The translations under genes and the position numbers were made by a program. Positions 63,941 to 64,000 of a stretch of DNA of 64,000 nucleotides are shown piece after piece; the stretch's first letter is position 1; every line of letters starts with the position of its first letter. Origin of the DNA: Eledone cirrhosa (lineage: Eukaryota); the NCBI GenBank assembly GCA_964016885.1, contig OZ024759.1, forward strand, positions 25,048,001-25,112,000, given 5' to 3'. Below the pieces are notes generated by a model, which worked only from the letters and a program-made list of their open reading frames with translations, made no database searches and was not told where the DNA came from.

Positions 63941-64000
63941 TAGGCATGTGTGGATTTACATATCCTTTACTGTCCACCTTCTGTGTGGATGGATGTGTAT

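Overview
AT-rich, microsatellite-saturated animal DNA that is almost entirely transposon- and repeat-derived. The repeat repertoire resembles an octopus or other coleoid cephalopod genome (inference, not verified). I can see no host protein-coding exon; nearly all listed ORFs are translations of (TA)n, (CA)n, (GAA)n or similar repeats. The one intact gene is the ORF of an apparently full-length RTE-clade LINE (34159-37278: AP endonuclease + reverse transcriptase with a PHD finger inserted in the RT), which ends in a (GAT)n tail and sits in (TA)n. Other elements present: decayed RTE, Rex3/Expander-like, L1/Tx1-like, CR1-like and GC-rich CRE-like retrotransposon fragments; two abundant tRNA-derived SINE families, some copies with clear target-site duplications; a non-autonomous Helitron; piggyBac-type and Tc1/mariner-type MITEs; a recurring class of asymmetric palindromic elements; and many minisatellites. 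Most notable signals: candidate self-cleaving ribozymes (one apparently intact type I hammerhead at 9110-9164, several decayed ones, and a truncated HDV-like fold at 17118-17170), apparent partitioning of retroelement families among different microsatellite targets, and SINE/LINE tail sharing. I found no evidence for a wholly new multi-gene system.
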